A stretch of 33,170 nucleotides of DNA from a bacterium. GTDB lineage: Bacteria; Desulfobacterota; DSWW01. Of this stretch, positions 1 through 11,054 are shown piece after piece. A program made the translations under genes and the position numbers. The stretch lies in assembly GCA_040756235.1 (NCBI GenBank), contig JBFLZG010000079.1:1-33170 (forward strand), read 5' to 3'. The notes beneath the pieces are model-generated. The model had not been told where the DNA came from and made no database searches. It was given only the letters and a program-made list of their open reading frames with translations. Positions within the stretch are counted from its first letter, which is position 1. Each line of letters opens with the position of its first letter.

Positions 1-127
1 AGCCTGTTCAAAAATGCCCAGATGCAAGGCGCGCGAAATCCCGAGGAATGAGGCGTACATTTCAGTACGCCGCAGTGACGAGGGACGAGCGCAACGCCGC
101 AGATGGGCGTTTTGGGACAGGCTCTAG
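1..127 (+). repeat. Structured ~125-bp MITE/REP-like repeat, copy 1 (left end clipped by window start)
   Basis: Imperfect terminal inverted repeat AGCCTGTTCAAAAATGCCCA (1-20) / TGGGCGTTTTGGGACAGGCT (104-123); apical hairpin GGCGTAC-ATTTCA-GTACGCC (52-71); ends ...CAGGCTC-TAG; homologous to five other intergenic copies in the window. Confidence 0.92.
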
Positions 128-160
128 GTAGCGAGCAGGATGGGCATATCGGGCAGCCTG

Positions 161-553
161 TCAGAGGACGTCCAGGCAGGCCCTCTTCCAGCTCAGGTTC
201 TTCTGCCACTCGGCAAATTGCGGATCTTCGGGCGGGGGAGGGTCCGACTGCAGGAGCATGATTTCCTTCTGGAGCGCATCCCGGTCCATTTCGTCGGCGT
301 AGACGGCATGATCCAGCAGGACCGTGACCTTCTGTCCGGTGACTTCGGCGAACCCGCCGGACGCGGCAAGCGTCCTCTCACCACTCTCGGTGCGGTAGCG
401 CAGCCGACCGACCCCAAGCTCCGCCAGGAGGTTGGCATGTCCGGGCAGCACTCCGAATTCTCCCAGGATTCCGGGTGCAACGAGCTCCAGCACCGGCCCG
501 CTGAACAAGGGCTTCTCGGGTGTCACAAGATCCAGGTGAAACGTTTCGGGCAT
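161..553 (-). CDS. atpC: F1 ATP synthase epsilon subunit
   Basis: 130 aa; LDLVTPEK, GEFGVLPGHA and SGGFAEV motifs; last gene after atpD. Confidence 0.95.
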   Translation of the reverse strand: MPETFHLDLVTPEKPLFSGPVLELVAPGILGEFGVLPGHANLLAELGVGRLRYRTESGERTLAASGGFAEVTGQKVTVLLDHAVYADEMDRDALQKEIMLLQSDPPPPEDPQFAEWQKNLSWKRACLDVL

Positions 554-655
554 CGGTCGGCTCCTTTCGGATGGGCTGCCGAACGGAAAGGTCCTTCATA
601 AATCGGTGATACGTAGCTTCTCCGGGTCGGGTCGATGTCTCTTCCCGATGCACCT

Positions 656-2996
<2,341 letters not shown>

Positions 2997-3031
2997 GGGG
3001 TCCTCCTGGACAGATCATTCTAATAACATTG

Positions 3032-4561
3032 TTATGCCTCGAAGACCCCTTTGAACTCATCGAGCGCCTGGTTCACCTTCTCGGAGAAGGCGTCGTCGAT
3101 CGTCTTCTTCTCGCGCACTTGCGCGAAGATCTCCGGGTGGCGGGATTCCATGAACTGGTAGAGTTCTTGCTCATACTTGCCGATGGCATCGACCGGATAG
3201 TCATCCACGTACCCGTTGGTCGCCGCATAGATGAGGACGATCTGTTTCTCGACCGGCAGCGGCTTGTACTGGGGCTGCTTGAGAACCTCGACCAGCCTCT
3301 TGCCTCTCTCGAGCTGTGCCAGGGTCGCCTTGTCGAGGTCGCTTCCGAACTGGGCGAAGGCCTCGAGCTCACGGTACTGGGCCAGATCGAGCCGCAGGGA
3401 GCCCGCCACCTGCTTCATCGCCTTGATCTGCGCGTTTCCTCCGACTCGGGAGACCGAGAGACCGACGCTGATGGCCGGCCGCACGCCTGAATAGAAGAGA
3501 TCGGTCTCGAGGAAGATCTGGCCGTCGGTGATGGAGATGACGTTCGTCGGGATGTAGGCCGAGACGTCGCCCGCCTGGGTCTCGATGATGGGAAGCGCCG
3601 TCAGCGAACCACCCCCCATCTTTTCGCTCATCTTGGCGGCGCGCTCGAGCAGGCGCGAGTGGAGGTAGAAAACGTCTCCCGGGAAGGCCTCGCGTCCCGG
3701 CGGGCGCCGCAGCAGCAGGGAGAGCTGGCGGTAGGCCACCGCGTGCTTGGACAGATCGTCATAGATGATGACGGCGTGCATCCCGTTGTCACGGAAGTAC
3801 TCGCCCATCGTGGCGCCCGAGTAGGGCGCGATAAACTGGAGCGTGGCCGGGTCCGAGGCGGTCGCTGCGATGACCACCGTGTACTCCATGGCCCCGAAGC
3901 TCTCCAGCTTGTCGACGACCTGCGCCACCGTGGACTGCTTCTGCCCAATGGCCACGTAAAAACAGTAGACGGGCTTGTCGGTCTTGTGCGTGTCCTTCTG
4001 GTTGATGATCGTGTCGATCGCCACGGCCGTCTTGCCGGTCTGGCGGTCGCCGATGATCAGCTCCCGCTGGCCCCGGCCGATGGGGATCATGGAGTCGATC
4101 GCCTTCAGTCCGGTCTGAACCGGCTCCTTCACAGGCTGGCGGACGACGATTCCCGGCGCCTTCACCTCGATCCGGCGCCTCTCGTCCATCGAGATCGGGC
4201 CCTTGCCGTCCAGGGGTTGTCCGAGAGGGTTCACCACCCTGCCGATCACGGCCTTTCCGACCGGCACTTCGACGATCCTTCCCGTGCGTTTGACGGTGTC
4301 GCCTTCCTTGATGTGCGTCACCTCTCCGAGGACCGTGACTCCGACGTTGTCTTCTTCGAGGTTCAGCACCATGCCGAAGAGGCCGCCGGGGAACTCGACC
4401 AGCTCGCCGGCCATGGCCTTCTCGAGCCCGTAGACCCGGGCGATGCCGTCGCCGACCGACAGGACGGCGCCGGTCTCGCTGTACTCGACCTTCTTGTCAT
4501 AGTCCGCGATCTGCTGCTTGATAATCTCACTGATCTCTTCTGCTCGGATTCCGATTGCCAC
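3032..4561 (-). CDS. atpA: F1 ATP synthase alpha subunit
   Basis: 509 aa; [42 protein letters not shown]. Confidence 0.99.
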   Translation of the reverse strand: MAIGIRAEEISEIIKQQIADYDKKVEYSETGAVLSVGDGIARVYGLEKAMAGELVEFPGGLFGMVLNLEEDNVGVTVLGEVTHIKEGDTVKRTGRIVEVPVGKAVIGRVVNPLGQPLDGKGPISMDERRRIEVKAPGIVVRQPVKEPVQTGLKAIDSMIPIGRGQRELIIGDRQTGKTAVAIDTIINQKDTHKTDKPVYCFYVAIGQKQSTVAQVVDKLESFGAMEYTVVIAATASDPATLQFIAPYSGATMGEYFRDNGMHAVIIYDDLSKHAVAYRQLSLLLRRPPGREAFPGDVFYLHSRLLERAAKMSEKMGGGSLTALPIIETQAGDVSAYIPTNVISITDGQIFLETDLFYSGVRPAISVGLSVSRVGGNAQIKAMKQVAGSLRLDLAQYRELEAFAQFGSDLDKATLAQLERGKRLVEVLKQPQYKPLPVEKQIVLIYAATNGYVDDYPVDAIGKYEQELYQFMESRHPEIFAQVREKKTIDDAFSEKVNQALDEFKGVFEA

Positions 4562-4563
4562 GG

Positions 4564-5106
4564 CTACTCCCCTCTTATGGTTTCTCTCAGCTTTTCCAGT
4601 TGCGTCTTCACGCTCCCATCAAAGACCATTCCATCCACCTTGCAGACGATCCCCCCGAGAATCATGGGATCCTCGTGAGTTTCCAGCACGATTTGCTTCT
4701 TGAAACGGTTGCCGAGGCCGGTCTGGATGGCTGCAATCTCCTCGTCCGAGAGCCGCGCGGCGGCGTACACTCGGGCTCGGAGCCTTCCGGCAAGCCCGTC
4801 CTCAAGCCGCATATACGCTGCACGAATGGCGGGAAGATAGCGGATCCTCTCCTTGTCCAGCAGTAGAGAGACAAAGCGGCGCGAGGTCCCTTCGATCCCC
4901 ATCCGATCGAGGATCTGCCCGAGAATGACCTTTCGCTTCGAGCGCTCGTGAACGGGATCGCAAAGAACGCGGTTGAGAACCTCGTTTTCTTCGAAAACCG
5001 AGGCGAACCGATCGAGATCCTGGCCGATCTGCCGCCAGGTGCCAGAATCCTGGCCCAGGCGAATCAACGCCTTTGCGTACCGTTTTCCGATGATTTCCTC
5101 TTTCAA
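4564..5106 (-). CDS. atpH: F1 ATP synthase delta subunit
   Basis: 180 aa; KRYAKAL at N-terminus, DPMILGG...DGSVKTQL at C-terminus; position upstream of atpA. Confidence 0.95.
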   Translation of the reverse strand: MKEEIIGKRYAKALIRLGQDSGTWRQIGQDLDRFASVFEENEVLNRVLCDPVHERSKRKVILGQILDRMGIEGTSRRFVSLLLDKERIRYLPAIRAAYMRLEDGLAGRLRARVYAAARLSDEEIAAIQTGLGNRFKKQIVLETHEDPMILGGIVCKVDGMVFDGSVKTQLEKLRETIRGE

Positions 5107-5732
5107 GACAGTTCTCCGATCTTCTCTGTATACGATCTGACCCAGTCCCGCTGATCCTGCTGCGTGATGGCCTTTCTCAGGAGCGTTTCAGCCATTCCGG
5201 CTGCCAGGTCTGCCGCCTCTTTGCGAAGCTCTCTCCTGGCCTGCTCGATCTCCTGCCGGGAGGTGAATTCCGCCTGTTTTGCAAATTTCTTGGCCTGGGC
5301 CTGGGCTTCGGCCAGCAGGGCCTCGCGCTCCCCGGCCGCATCCTCCGCCGCCCTCTCCAGTATCTTTTTCAGCTCGTCGTCGAGCGTGGCGATACGCGCT
5401 TGATATTCCTTATACTTTTCCTCCGCCTTCTGCTTCTCTCTGGCGGCTTCCTCCATGGCCATCTGAATGTCCGCGCTGCGCTTCTTGAAGCCGCCGTCGC
5501 CTGCCGCGTACTTCCGGTAAACAAAAAGGAGCAGAGCAATCAAAAGGAAGAAGTTGATGATCTGGAAAACCATCGCTTTGTCGAAGTGGGGCGCAGCTTC
5601 CCCGTGCTCCGCTCCCGCGGAGGCAATGACAACCGCAGGCGCCAGAGTCAAGCAAAAGGTCCCCAGCAGCCAGCCGAGCCTACAGCGGCTCCTGCCTTCC
5701 CCGGATCTCCTATCCATGTCTCTGTGTCTCAT
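5103..5732 (-). CDS. atpF: Fo ATP synthase subunit b with N-terminal extension
   Basis: TM segment QIINFFLLIALLLF followed by a charged coiled coil; stop overlaps the atpH start; exact start uncertain (5732 or 5717). Confidence 0.88.
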   Translation of the reverse strand: MRHRDMDRRSGEGRSRCRLGWLLGTFCLTLAPAVVIASAGAEHGEAAPHFDKAMVFQIINFFLLIALLLFVYRKYAAGDGGFKKRSADIQMAMEEAAREKQKAEEKYKEYQARIATLDDELKKILERAAEDAAGEREALLAEAQAQAKKFAKQAEFTSRQEIEQARRELRKEAADLAAGMAETLLRKAITQQDQRDWVRSYTEKIGELS

Positions 5733-6162
5733 GCAGCGGTCTCCCCAAGATCTTTTCGGCCATGGTCTGCGACAGTCCTGCCGCCTCGCGCTGGAGGCGT
5801 ACTCGCGCCTGCTCGCTCTCCCGGCGGATCTCTTCGCGTATTTTCAGGAGGTAGTCCTGTGCCTCCAGTCTGGCTTTTTCCAGGATTTCTCTTTCCACAC
5901 CCAGGGATTCCTGACGGCGCCGGTTCTTCTCTTCCTGAGCTCTCGCCCTGCCGTCCCGAATCCTCTTCTTGTACTGCTGATCGAGCGCCGCGCTCTCCTC
6001 GACGAGACGCTTTGCCTGCTGCTCGGCGCCCTCGATCCGGTCCGTCCGACCCTTCAAAACGTCGGAGATCGGGTTCAGGATGAAGCGTTTGACCACGATC
6101 AGGGCGACCAGGAATATGATCGCCTGAATGAATACGGTGAGATTCGGCATGATTTGCTGCAT
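5710..6162 (-). CDS. atpF2: Fo ATP synthase subunit b'
   Basis: TVFIQAIIFLVALIVVKRFILNPI TM segment plus coiled coil ending KILGR; start moved to ATG 6162 behind the RBS-like AGAGGGAGAG. Confidence 0.88.
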   Translation of the reverse strand: MQQIMPNLTVFIQAIIFLVALIVVKRFILNPISDVLKGRTDRIEGAEQQAKRLVEESAALDQQYKKRIRDGRARAQEEKNRRRQESLGVEREILEKARLEAQDYLLKIREEIRRESEQARVRLQREAAGLSQTMAEKILGRPLHETQRHG

Positions 6163-6233
6163 TCCGGCTCTCCCTCTCAAATCGAGCCCGCTGGAACAGG
6201 CTCTCTCCTACCTCGTTCTCTGCTGCCGATTCC

Positions 6234-6393
6234 CTAGGAGCCTATCCAAGAATTCGGCTCGTGGAGGCTGGTTCAGAAATGTCCAGATGCAAGGCGCACG
6301 AAATCCTGAGGAATGAGGCGTACATGGCAGTACGCCGCAATGACGAAGGATGAGTGCAACACAGCAGATGGGCATTTATGGACAGCCTCCTAG
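6234..6393 (+). repeat. Structured repeat copy 2 with extra 5' hairpin, bracketed by CTAG
   Basis: CTAG (6234-6237), leader GAGCC-N13-GGCTC (6238-6260), core 6264-6389, CTAG (6390-6393); the right CTA is the parB stop on the - strand. Confidence 0.92.
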
Positions 6394-7244
6394 GCCTGCC
6401 GAAGCAAAAGGCTGCAAATGCGGTCGAGGTCTTCCAAGGAAAGGAAAGGGATCCGTACGCTCCCTCCCCTCCTCCGTTTCTTGATCTCCACCCTTGCCCC
6501 ATACAGCCGGCAAAGATCGTCCTGCACTTTCTGCATGTCGGGGTCGAGCGCGCCGGCCTTGGGCCTCTCCTCTTTCCGGCCGGCCTTGAGCTGCTGGACG
6601 TGTTTCTCGGTCTCGCGGACGGTGAGGCCCCTTTCCTTGATCAGCGCCCGCACTCTCAATTGGAGGATCTCATGGCTCAGCGCCAGCAGGGCCCTGGCAT
6701 GTCCGGCCGAGAGATCGCCCGTGGACACGTCCTCCTGGATCTCCCTGGGGAGCTGGAGGAGTCGAATCGCATTGGCCACCGAGGATCGATCTTTCCCGAT
6801 TTTGCCGGCGAGCTCTTCCTGCGTGATGTTCAGCTGCTCCACCATCCGGCGGTAAGCTCTTGCTTCTTCTATGGGGTTCAGGTCCTCTCTCTGCAGGTTC
6901 TCCAGCAGAGAGATCTCGAGGGTCTCGTCCTCCTCGGCGTCTCGGACCAGGACCGGGACTTTCTCCAGTCCGGCCTTCCGAGCTGCCCGCCACCTCCTCT
7001 CTCCGGCAATGATCTCGTATCGATCCTGCTTCCTGCGTACGAGAAGCGGCTGGAGCACCCCTCTCTTGCGGATCGTCTCCGATAATGCGTTCAGGCTTTC
7101 CTCTTCAAACCTCGTCCGCGGCTGATTGGGATTCGGATCGATCTCATCTATGGGACAAAGCGTGAAGCCCTTTTCAGGCTCTTCTGCTTCGTAAACAGGA
7201 ATCAGGGCTCCCAGCCCTTTTCCCAGCGCAAGTTTCTTGGTCAT
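6390..7244 (-). CDS. parB: Chromosome partitioning protein ParB/Spo0J
   Basis: 284 aa; LGKGLGALI, PNPNQPR, IIAGERRWRAA, ENLQREDLNPIEEA, HTH region with GHARALL. Confidence 0.98.
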   Translation of the reverse strand: MTKKLALGKGLGALIPVYEAEEPEKGFTLCPIDEIDPNPNQPRTRFEEESLNALSETIRKRGVLQPLLVRRKQDRYEIIAGERRWRAARKAGLEKVPVLVRDAEEDETLEISLLENLQREDLNPIEEARAYRRMVEQLNITQEELAGKIGKDRSSVANAIRLLQLPREIQEDVSTGDLSAGHARALLALSHEILQLRVRALIKERGLTVRETEKHVQQLKAGRKEERPKAGALDPDMQKVQDDLCRLYGARVEIKKRRRGGSVRIPFLSLEDLDRICSLLLRQA

Positions 7245-7295
7245 CAGAATCCGTTAGACTCCACCGCTGCTCCTCTCGGAGTCGCCGGCGGCCTG

Positions 7296-7505
7296 CTAGG
7301 AGCCACTACAAAAATTCGGCTCCTGGAGGCTGTTCAGAAATGTCCAGATGCAAGGCGCGCGAAATCCCGAGGCCTGTTCCGAGGAGCCTGGGCGACGAGG
7401 AAACCCCCGGTCACAGCCTCCCGCCCGCGGCAGGTGCGCCGAGGGGATTGCTTCGCTTCGCTCGCAACAGGCTCCGCAGATGGGCATTTATGGACGGCCT
7501 CCTAG
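7296..7505 (+). repeat. Structured repeat copy 3 with nested REP-like insert, bracketed by CTAG
   Basis: CTAG (7296-7299), leader hairpin (7300-7322), core 7326-7501, CTAG (7502-7505, containing the parA stop). The centre of the core is replaced by 7372-7472, which has its own inverted ends GCCTGTTCCGAG / CTCGCAACAGGC. Confidence 0.9.
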
Positions 7506-8260
7506 TGGAACAAGATCTCCTTGGTGAGCTCGAGATAACTCTCCGCCCCCTTGCAGCCGACGTCGTAGAGTATGGCAGGTTTGCCATGGCTGGGGCTCTC
7601 GCTGAGCTTGATGTTCCTGGGAATGGTGGTTCGGAAGACCTTTTCGGTGAAATGAGCTCTCACCTCCCGCTCCACCTGATGCGCCAGGTTGTTCCTTCCG
7701 TCGAACATCGTGAGCAGGATGCCCTCTATTTCCAGCTCCGGATTCAAGCGGGCCCGCACCAACTGGATGGTGTGCAGCAGTTGTCCGAGCCCTTCCATGG
7801 CGTAATACTCGCACTGAATGGGAATCAGTATGGAATCCGCAGCCGTCAAGGCATTGATCGTCAGCAGGCCGAGGGAGGGAGGGCAATCCATGAGAACGTG
7901 CTCATATCTCTCTCGGACCTCCTCCAGAATGCCTCGGAGGATCATTTCCCTCTTCTGCACCTCGATGAGCTCGACTTCCGCGCCGAACAGCCGCGTGTTG
8001 GAAGGGACAAAATCCAGACAGGACAACTCGGTAGTCAGGATCACCTCCCCCAGAGCCGCTTTGCCGATCAAAGCCTCATAGATCGTCAGTGGCAGATTCT
8101 GCTTCTCGACGCCCAACCCGCTGGTCGAATTGCCCTGCGGATCCATATCGATGAGGAGGGTCTTTTTCTCGGCGGCAGCGAGCGAGGCAGCAAGGTTCAC
8201 CGCCGTCGTGGTTTTTCCCACTCCTCCTTTTTGGTTCGCTACCGCGACGACCTTTTTCAT
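7502..8260 (-). CDS. parA: Chromosome partitioning ATPase ParA/Soj
   Basis: Deviant Walker A NQKGGVGKTT, DMDPQGN, DCPPSLG, QCEYYAMEG, IPRNIKLSESPSHG; start set at MKKVVAV (8260), 252 aa. Confidence 0.97.
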   Translation of the reverse strand: MKKVVAVANQKGGVGKTTTAVNLAASLAAAEKKTLLIDMDPQGNSTSGLGVEKQNLPLTIYEALIGKAALGEVILTTELSCLDFVPSNTRLFGAEVELIEVQKREMILRGILEEVRERYEHVLMDCPPSLGLLTINALTAADSILIPIQCEYYAMEGLGQLLHTIQLVRARLNPELEIEGILLTMFDGRNNLAHQVEREVRAHFTEKVFRTTIPRNIKLSESPSHGKPAILYDVGCKGAESYLELTKEILFH

Positions 8261-8319
8261 GAGGAACCGGGAGTCGCCCTGGCAAGAGCCGTAGCTCACG
8301 AGGTAAAGAAAGAATGGTT

Positions 8320-8348
8320 TTTCTAACACAACGCGAAGGGAAATACAA
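8320..8348 (-). promoter_or_regulatory. Possible sigma70 promoter for parAB
   Basis: TTGTAT-N17-TAGAAA with a TG extended -10 on the - strand; imperfect -10. Confidence 0.35.
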
Positions 8349-8452
8349 CACCCGTGAGCACTTTTTTGGGGAGGATTCTGTTTCTGCGGGACTTTTCGGA
8401 GAGAATGGAGCCTGCTCTCTGCAGCACGCGGTCGCGCTGCGGCTCTCGGCTG

Positions 8453-8468
8453 CGTTTCACGTGAAACA
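8453..8468. promoter_or_regulatory. parS centromere-like site
   Basis: CGTTTCACGTGAAACA, 15/16 match to canonical TGTTTCACGTGAAACA with a perfect 14-bp palindrome; ~200 bp upstream of parA. Confidence 0.93.
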
Positions 8469-8483
8469 TTCTCGCCGTCGAAT

Positions 8484-9137
8484 CTACTCGATCACGACGA
8501 GGAGGCGCTCATTCCTCAGCCAGGGGAACTGGTAAGGGAAGACTTCGACGATCTCTCTGCCGTATCGGGCGGCCCTTGTCTCGATCTTGCCCCTGTCCGC
8601 TTCCGATATCGCGCCTTTCATCAGGACGATCCTGCCTCCCTCTCCGAGAAGATCATCCGCCGCCGAAAACAGCGCCTCCTCGGTCAGAGAAGCCCTTGCA
8701 ATCATGCAATCCACCTTCTGATCGGAAAACCTCGCTGCCACCGACGGATCCTCGATTCTCGCCCAGATCGCCTCGATGCCGTTGAGGCCGAGACGGCTCA
8801 GCACGTGGGTCAGAAATGAGCATTTCTTCCTTCGTGCTTCGATGAGGTATACCCGAATCCCCGGCCGACCGATCTTGATCGGTATTCCCGGAAAGCCCGC
8901 CCCGCTTCCGACATCGATGAGACTCTCGATCCCTTCAAGATGGGGTATCGGGGTCAATGAATCGAGAACATGCTGGGCCAGGAGATCCGGACCGGCACGG
9001 GACGAGACCAGGTTGATTCGAACATTCCACTTCTCAAGTTCGGACAGATACACGCCGACCTGGGCCAGTTGATCATCGGTCAGACTTACACCCATCCGTT
9101 CAGCCTGCTCGGCCAGCTTCTCCAAGGATGCTCCCAT
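8484..9137 (-). CDS. rsmG: 16S rRNA m7G527 methyltransferase RsmG (GidB)
   Basis: WNVRINLVS, HVLDSL, DVGSGAGFPGIP, RIE, ARA and MKG motifs; start set at ATG 9137 (217 aa). Confidence 0.95.
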   Translation of the reverse strand: MGASLEKLAEQAERMGVSLTDDQLAQVGVYLSELEKWNVRINLVSSRAGPDLLAQHVLDSLTPIPHLEGIESLIDVGSGAGFPGIPIKIGRPGIRVYLIEARRKKCSFLTHVLSRLGLNGIEAIWARIEDPSVAARFSDQKVDCMIARASLTEEALFSAADDLLGEGGRIVLMKGAISEADRGKIETRAARYGREIVEVFPYQFPWLRNERLLVVIE

Positions 9138-9180
9138 TCGCAGACAGGCCCGTTCCCCACGAGGGGGCCGCCACTCCGGT

Positions 9181-9735
9181 TCAAGGGACCCCCTTCGTGG
9201 TCCGGTCCGAACCGCTTCCGGTGTCTTCTCGAACCGGATCTGCACGATTTGCGGCGGAGGGTTTGCCCGTCTGTGACTGAATGTGAAGCAGCAGCTTCTC
9301 CACGAACGGCCGGAGGCGCAGAAAGCAGGCGGTGTACTCCCGCCTCGAACGCCCGTAAGGGTCTGGAATATCTAAGAACCTGTCCTTTTCTTGGCCGAAG
9401 TCACTCAGCATTCTCGTCTTGCTGGCAGCCTCGGGCAGCATGTCCTGTACGAACTGGAGGTGATCCAGCTCCATGACCGCAATCAGGTCGTTGACCCTCA
9501 GCAGGTCCCTGGTGAGCCGACAAGCCACGTGCCCCGAAATGTCGATGCCGTTCTCCTTGCAGACCCTCTCTGCAAGCGGGGCCGCGGGCTCGCCCTCCAC
9601 GCCCATGGTCCCCGCAGAGCTCACCCGAACATCATCGAGGCCGGCCTTCTCCAGGAGCTGCCGCAGGATGCCCTCTGCCATGGGGCTTCTGCACAGGTTT
9701 CCGGTGCAAACGAAAAGCACGGAGCGGATCGTCAA
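9181..9735 (-). CDS. Low-molecular-weight protein tyrosine/arginine phosphatase
   Basis: P-loop VLFVCTGNLCRSPMAEG and acid loop DIPDPYG; TTG start overlaps the upstream stop (TTGA). Confidence 0.92.
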   Translation of the reverse strand: MTIRSVLFVCTGNLCRSPMAEGILRQLLEKAGLDDVRVSSAGTMGVEGEPAAPLAERVCKENGIDISGHVACRLTRDLLRVNDLIAVMELDHLQFVQDMLPEAASKTRMLSDFGQEKDRFLDIPDPYGRSRREYTACFLRLRPFVEKLLLHIQSQTGKPSAANRADPVREDTGSGSDRTTKGVP

Positions 9736-11054
9736 AGTCCTTGCCCTTTCTTGCGGGTGAGACGGCTCAGGCGGACCAGCAATCGCCGGCGGAACCGCAA
9801 GTCCTCCAACCTCAATGCCTCCAGGGCCGTCTCGACCACCCGGATCGCCTTGTCGAGCTCTCCCGTGGTGTGCTCGTAATGCTTCGCCAGTTCCTCACAG
9901 CAGAGTGGGAGAAAGATCGAGCCCCGGCGAATCAGCTCTTCCCAATGCGGAATCGCTTCCTGGATTCGCCCTTCCCGTTTCCGATGTCTCGCCAGATGAA
10001 AGGAAGCGGATTCCCGCTCCTCTGAGGACAGTCCTCCGTTCGAGACGATTTCAAAACATCTGCCGCTCTCCTGCCGGCTCCCCTTCTGCTCGAAGTAGCG
10101 GCCCACCGAAAGCAGATTGACCTCGGCAGGGTTCCATGCATGCAGACACCGATCGACGTGGAGGGCGAGGCTGGCCAGGGTCAGCACGTCCATGGCATTG
10201 TGGTAAACGACTCCTTCGAGATCGCCGGCATCGCCGGCATGGATGTAGCGCAGGTAGGCCGCCGGTATCCGGTCGCCGCGGATGTCGCTGCACTCGCGAA
10301 GGACACGAAGCCGTCCCTGTTCGATCGTCTCCAGCCTGCAATCATCCAATCGTCCACGCCAAAGCCGCCGGGCCGGGTACAAGAGATCCCAGGAAACCAT
10401 GGGCGGCAGACCCTCTGATTGTCGATAGAGCGCGTACCGCCCTTCCAGGAGAGGGACGTCAAAGCGCTTCCCGTTGAACGTCACCAGGTATCGAAACGGC
10501 TCCATCGCTTTCCGGACCTGGTAAAGCAGGGCAGGCTCCTCGGCGAAGTTCCTCAGGAAGAACTGCCGGATGTGGTACTGACTGCCGCTGAAATGCCCGA
10601 GGCCGACCAGAAAGACCCACGTTCCCGTCCCCAGCGACAATCCGGTGGTCTCGAGATCCATGAACAGGATCTCCTCCGGGCCGGCAGGCCCCACACCCCG
10701 GCCCCCGCATATCCGATCCAGGGTGTTGAAATCCGCTTCGAGCACCTCGCACAGGCTATACCGCCCGTGCCGGTACTCCAGGCTGTAAACCTCGTAGATT
10801 TCCAAGCATTCCCCGTAGGGAGTCGCCACCACCCGGCCGGGCACGACCTGTTCCAGAGAGCGCCGGCTTTTCCGGGCTTCGCGAGCGCCTGCGCCCGCGG
10901 ACCCATTCGCCCCCAGCTGCCCGATGCGCCTGAGCCGCTCTCGAAGCAGAGAGATCCCTTCATGTTTCGGCGACCCGTCTCCTGATGGCTCGCCGGGCGC
11001 TCTCGCTGCGGTCTGCTTCAAGAGCCGATTCAGCCTGTCCCTGAGATCATCCAA
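9732..11054 (-). CDS. yprB: YprB/MrfB-like DEDDh (RNase H-like) exonuclease with C-terminal TPR
   Basis: ExoI FMDLETTGL, ExoII TFNGKRFDVP, ExoIII YHNAMDV; helical C-terminus with EELAKHYEH; TTG start at 11054 with GGAGG RBS, overlapping the helicase 3' end. Confidence 0.85.
   Translation of the reverse strand: MDDLRDRLNRLLKQTAARAPGEPSGDGSPKHEGISLLRERLRRIGQLGANGSAGAGAREARKSRRSLEQVVPGRVVATPYGECLEIYEVYSLEYRHGRYSLCEVLEADFNTLDRICGGRGVGPAGPEEILFMDLETTGLSLGTGTWVFLVGLGHFSGSQYHIRQFFLRNFAEEPALLYQVRKAMEPFRYLVTFNGKRFDVPLLEGRYALYRQSEGLPPMVSWDLLYPARRLWRGRLDDCRLETIEQGRLRVLRECSDIRGDRIPAAYLRYIHAGDAGDLEGVVYHNAMDVLTLASLALHVDRCLHAWNPAEVNLLSVGRYFEQKGSRQESGRCFEIVSNGGLSSEERESASFHLARHRKREGRIQEAIPHWEELIRRGSIFLPLCCEELAKHYEHTTGELDKAIRVVETALEALRLEDLRFRRRLLVRLSRLTRKKGQGL

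Noticed and set aside
564..591. Hairpin near the atpC RBS (CCTTTC/GAAAGG)
   Set aside because: A 6-bp stem with a long loop is not distinguishable from chance.
6304..6351. Box C/D or kink-turn motif in the repeat (CTGA ... ATGACGA)
   Set aside because: A symmetric tandem G.A register fits all copies better and lacks the 3-nt bulge; copies 1 and 3 have CCGA.
6242..6502. Small ORFs over the repeats (6242-6502, 7296-7487, 13398-13673, 24643-24861, 32860-33108, 32949-33158) with recurring peptides
   Set aside because: The similarity comes from the DNA repeat; frames and starts are not conserved between copies.
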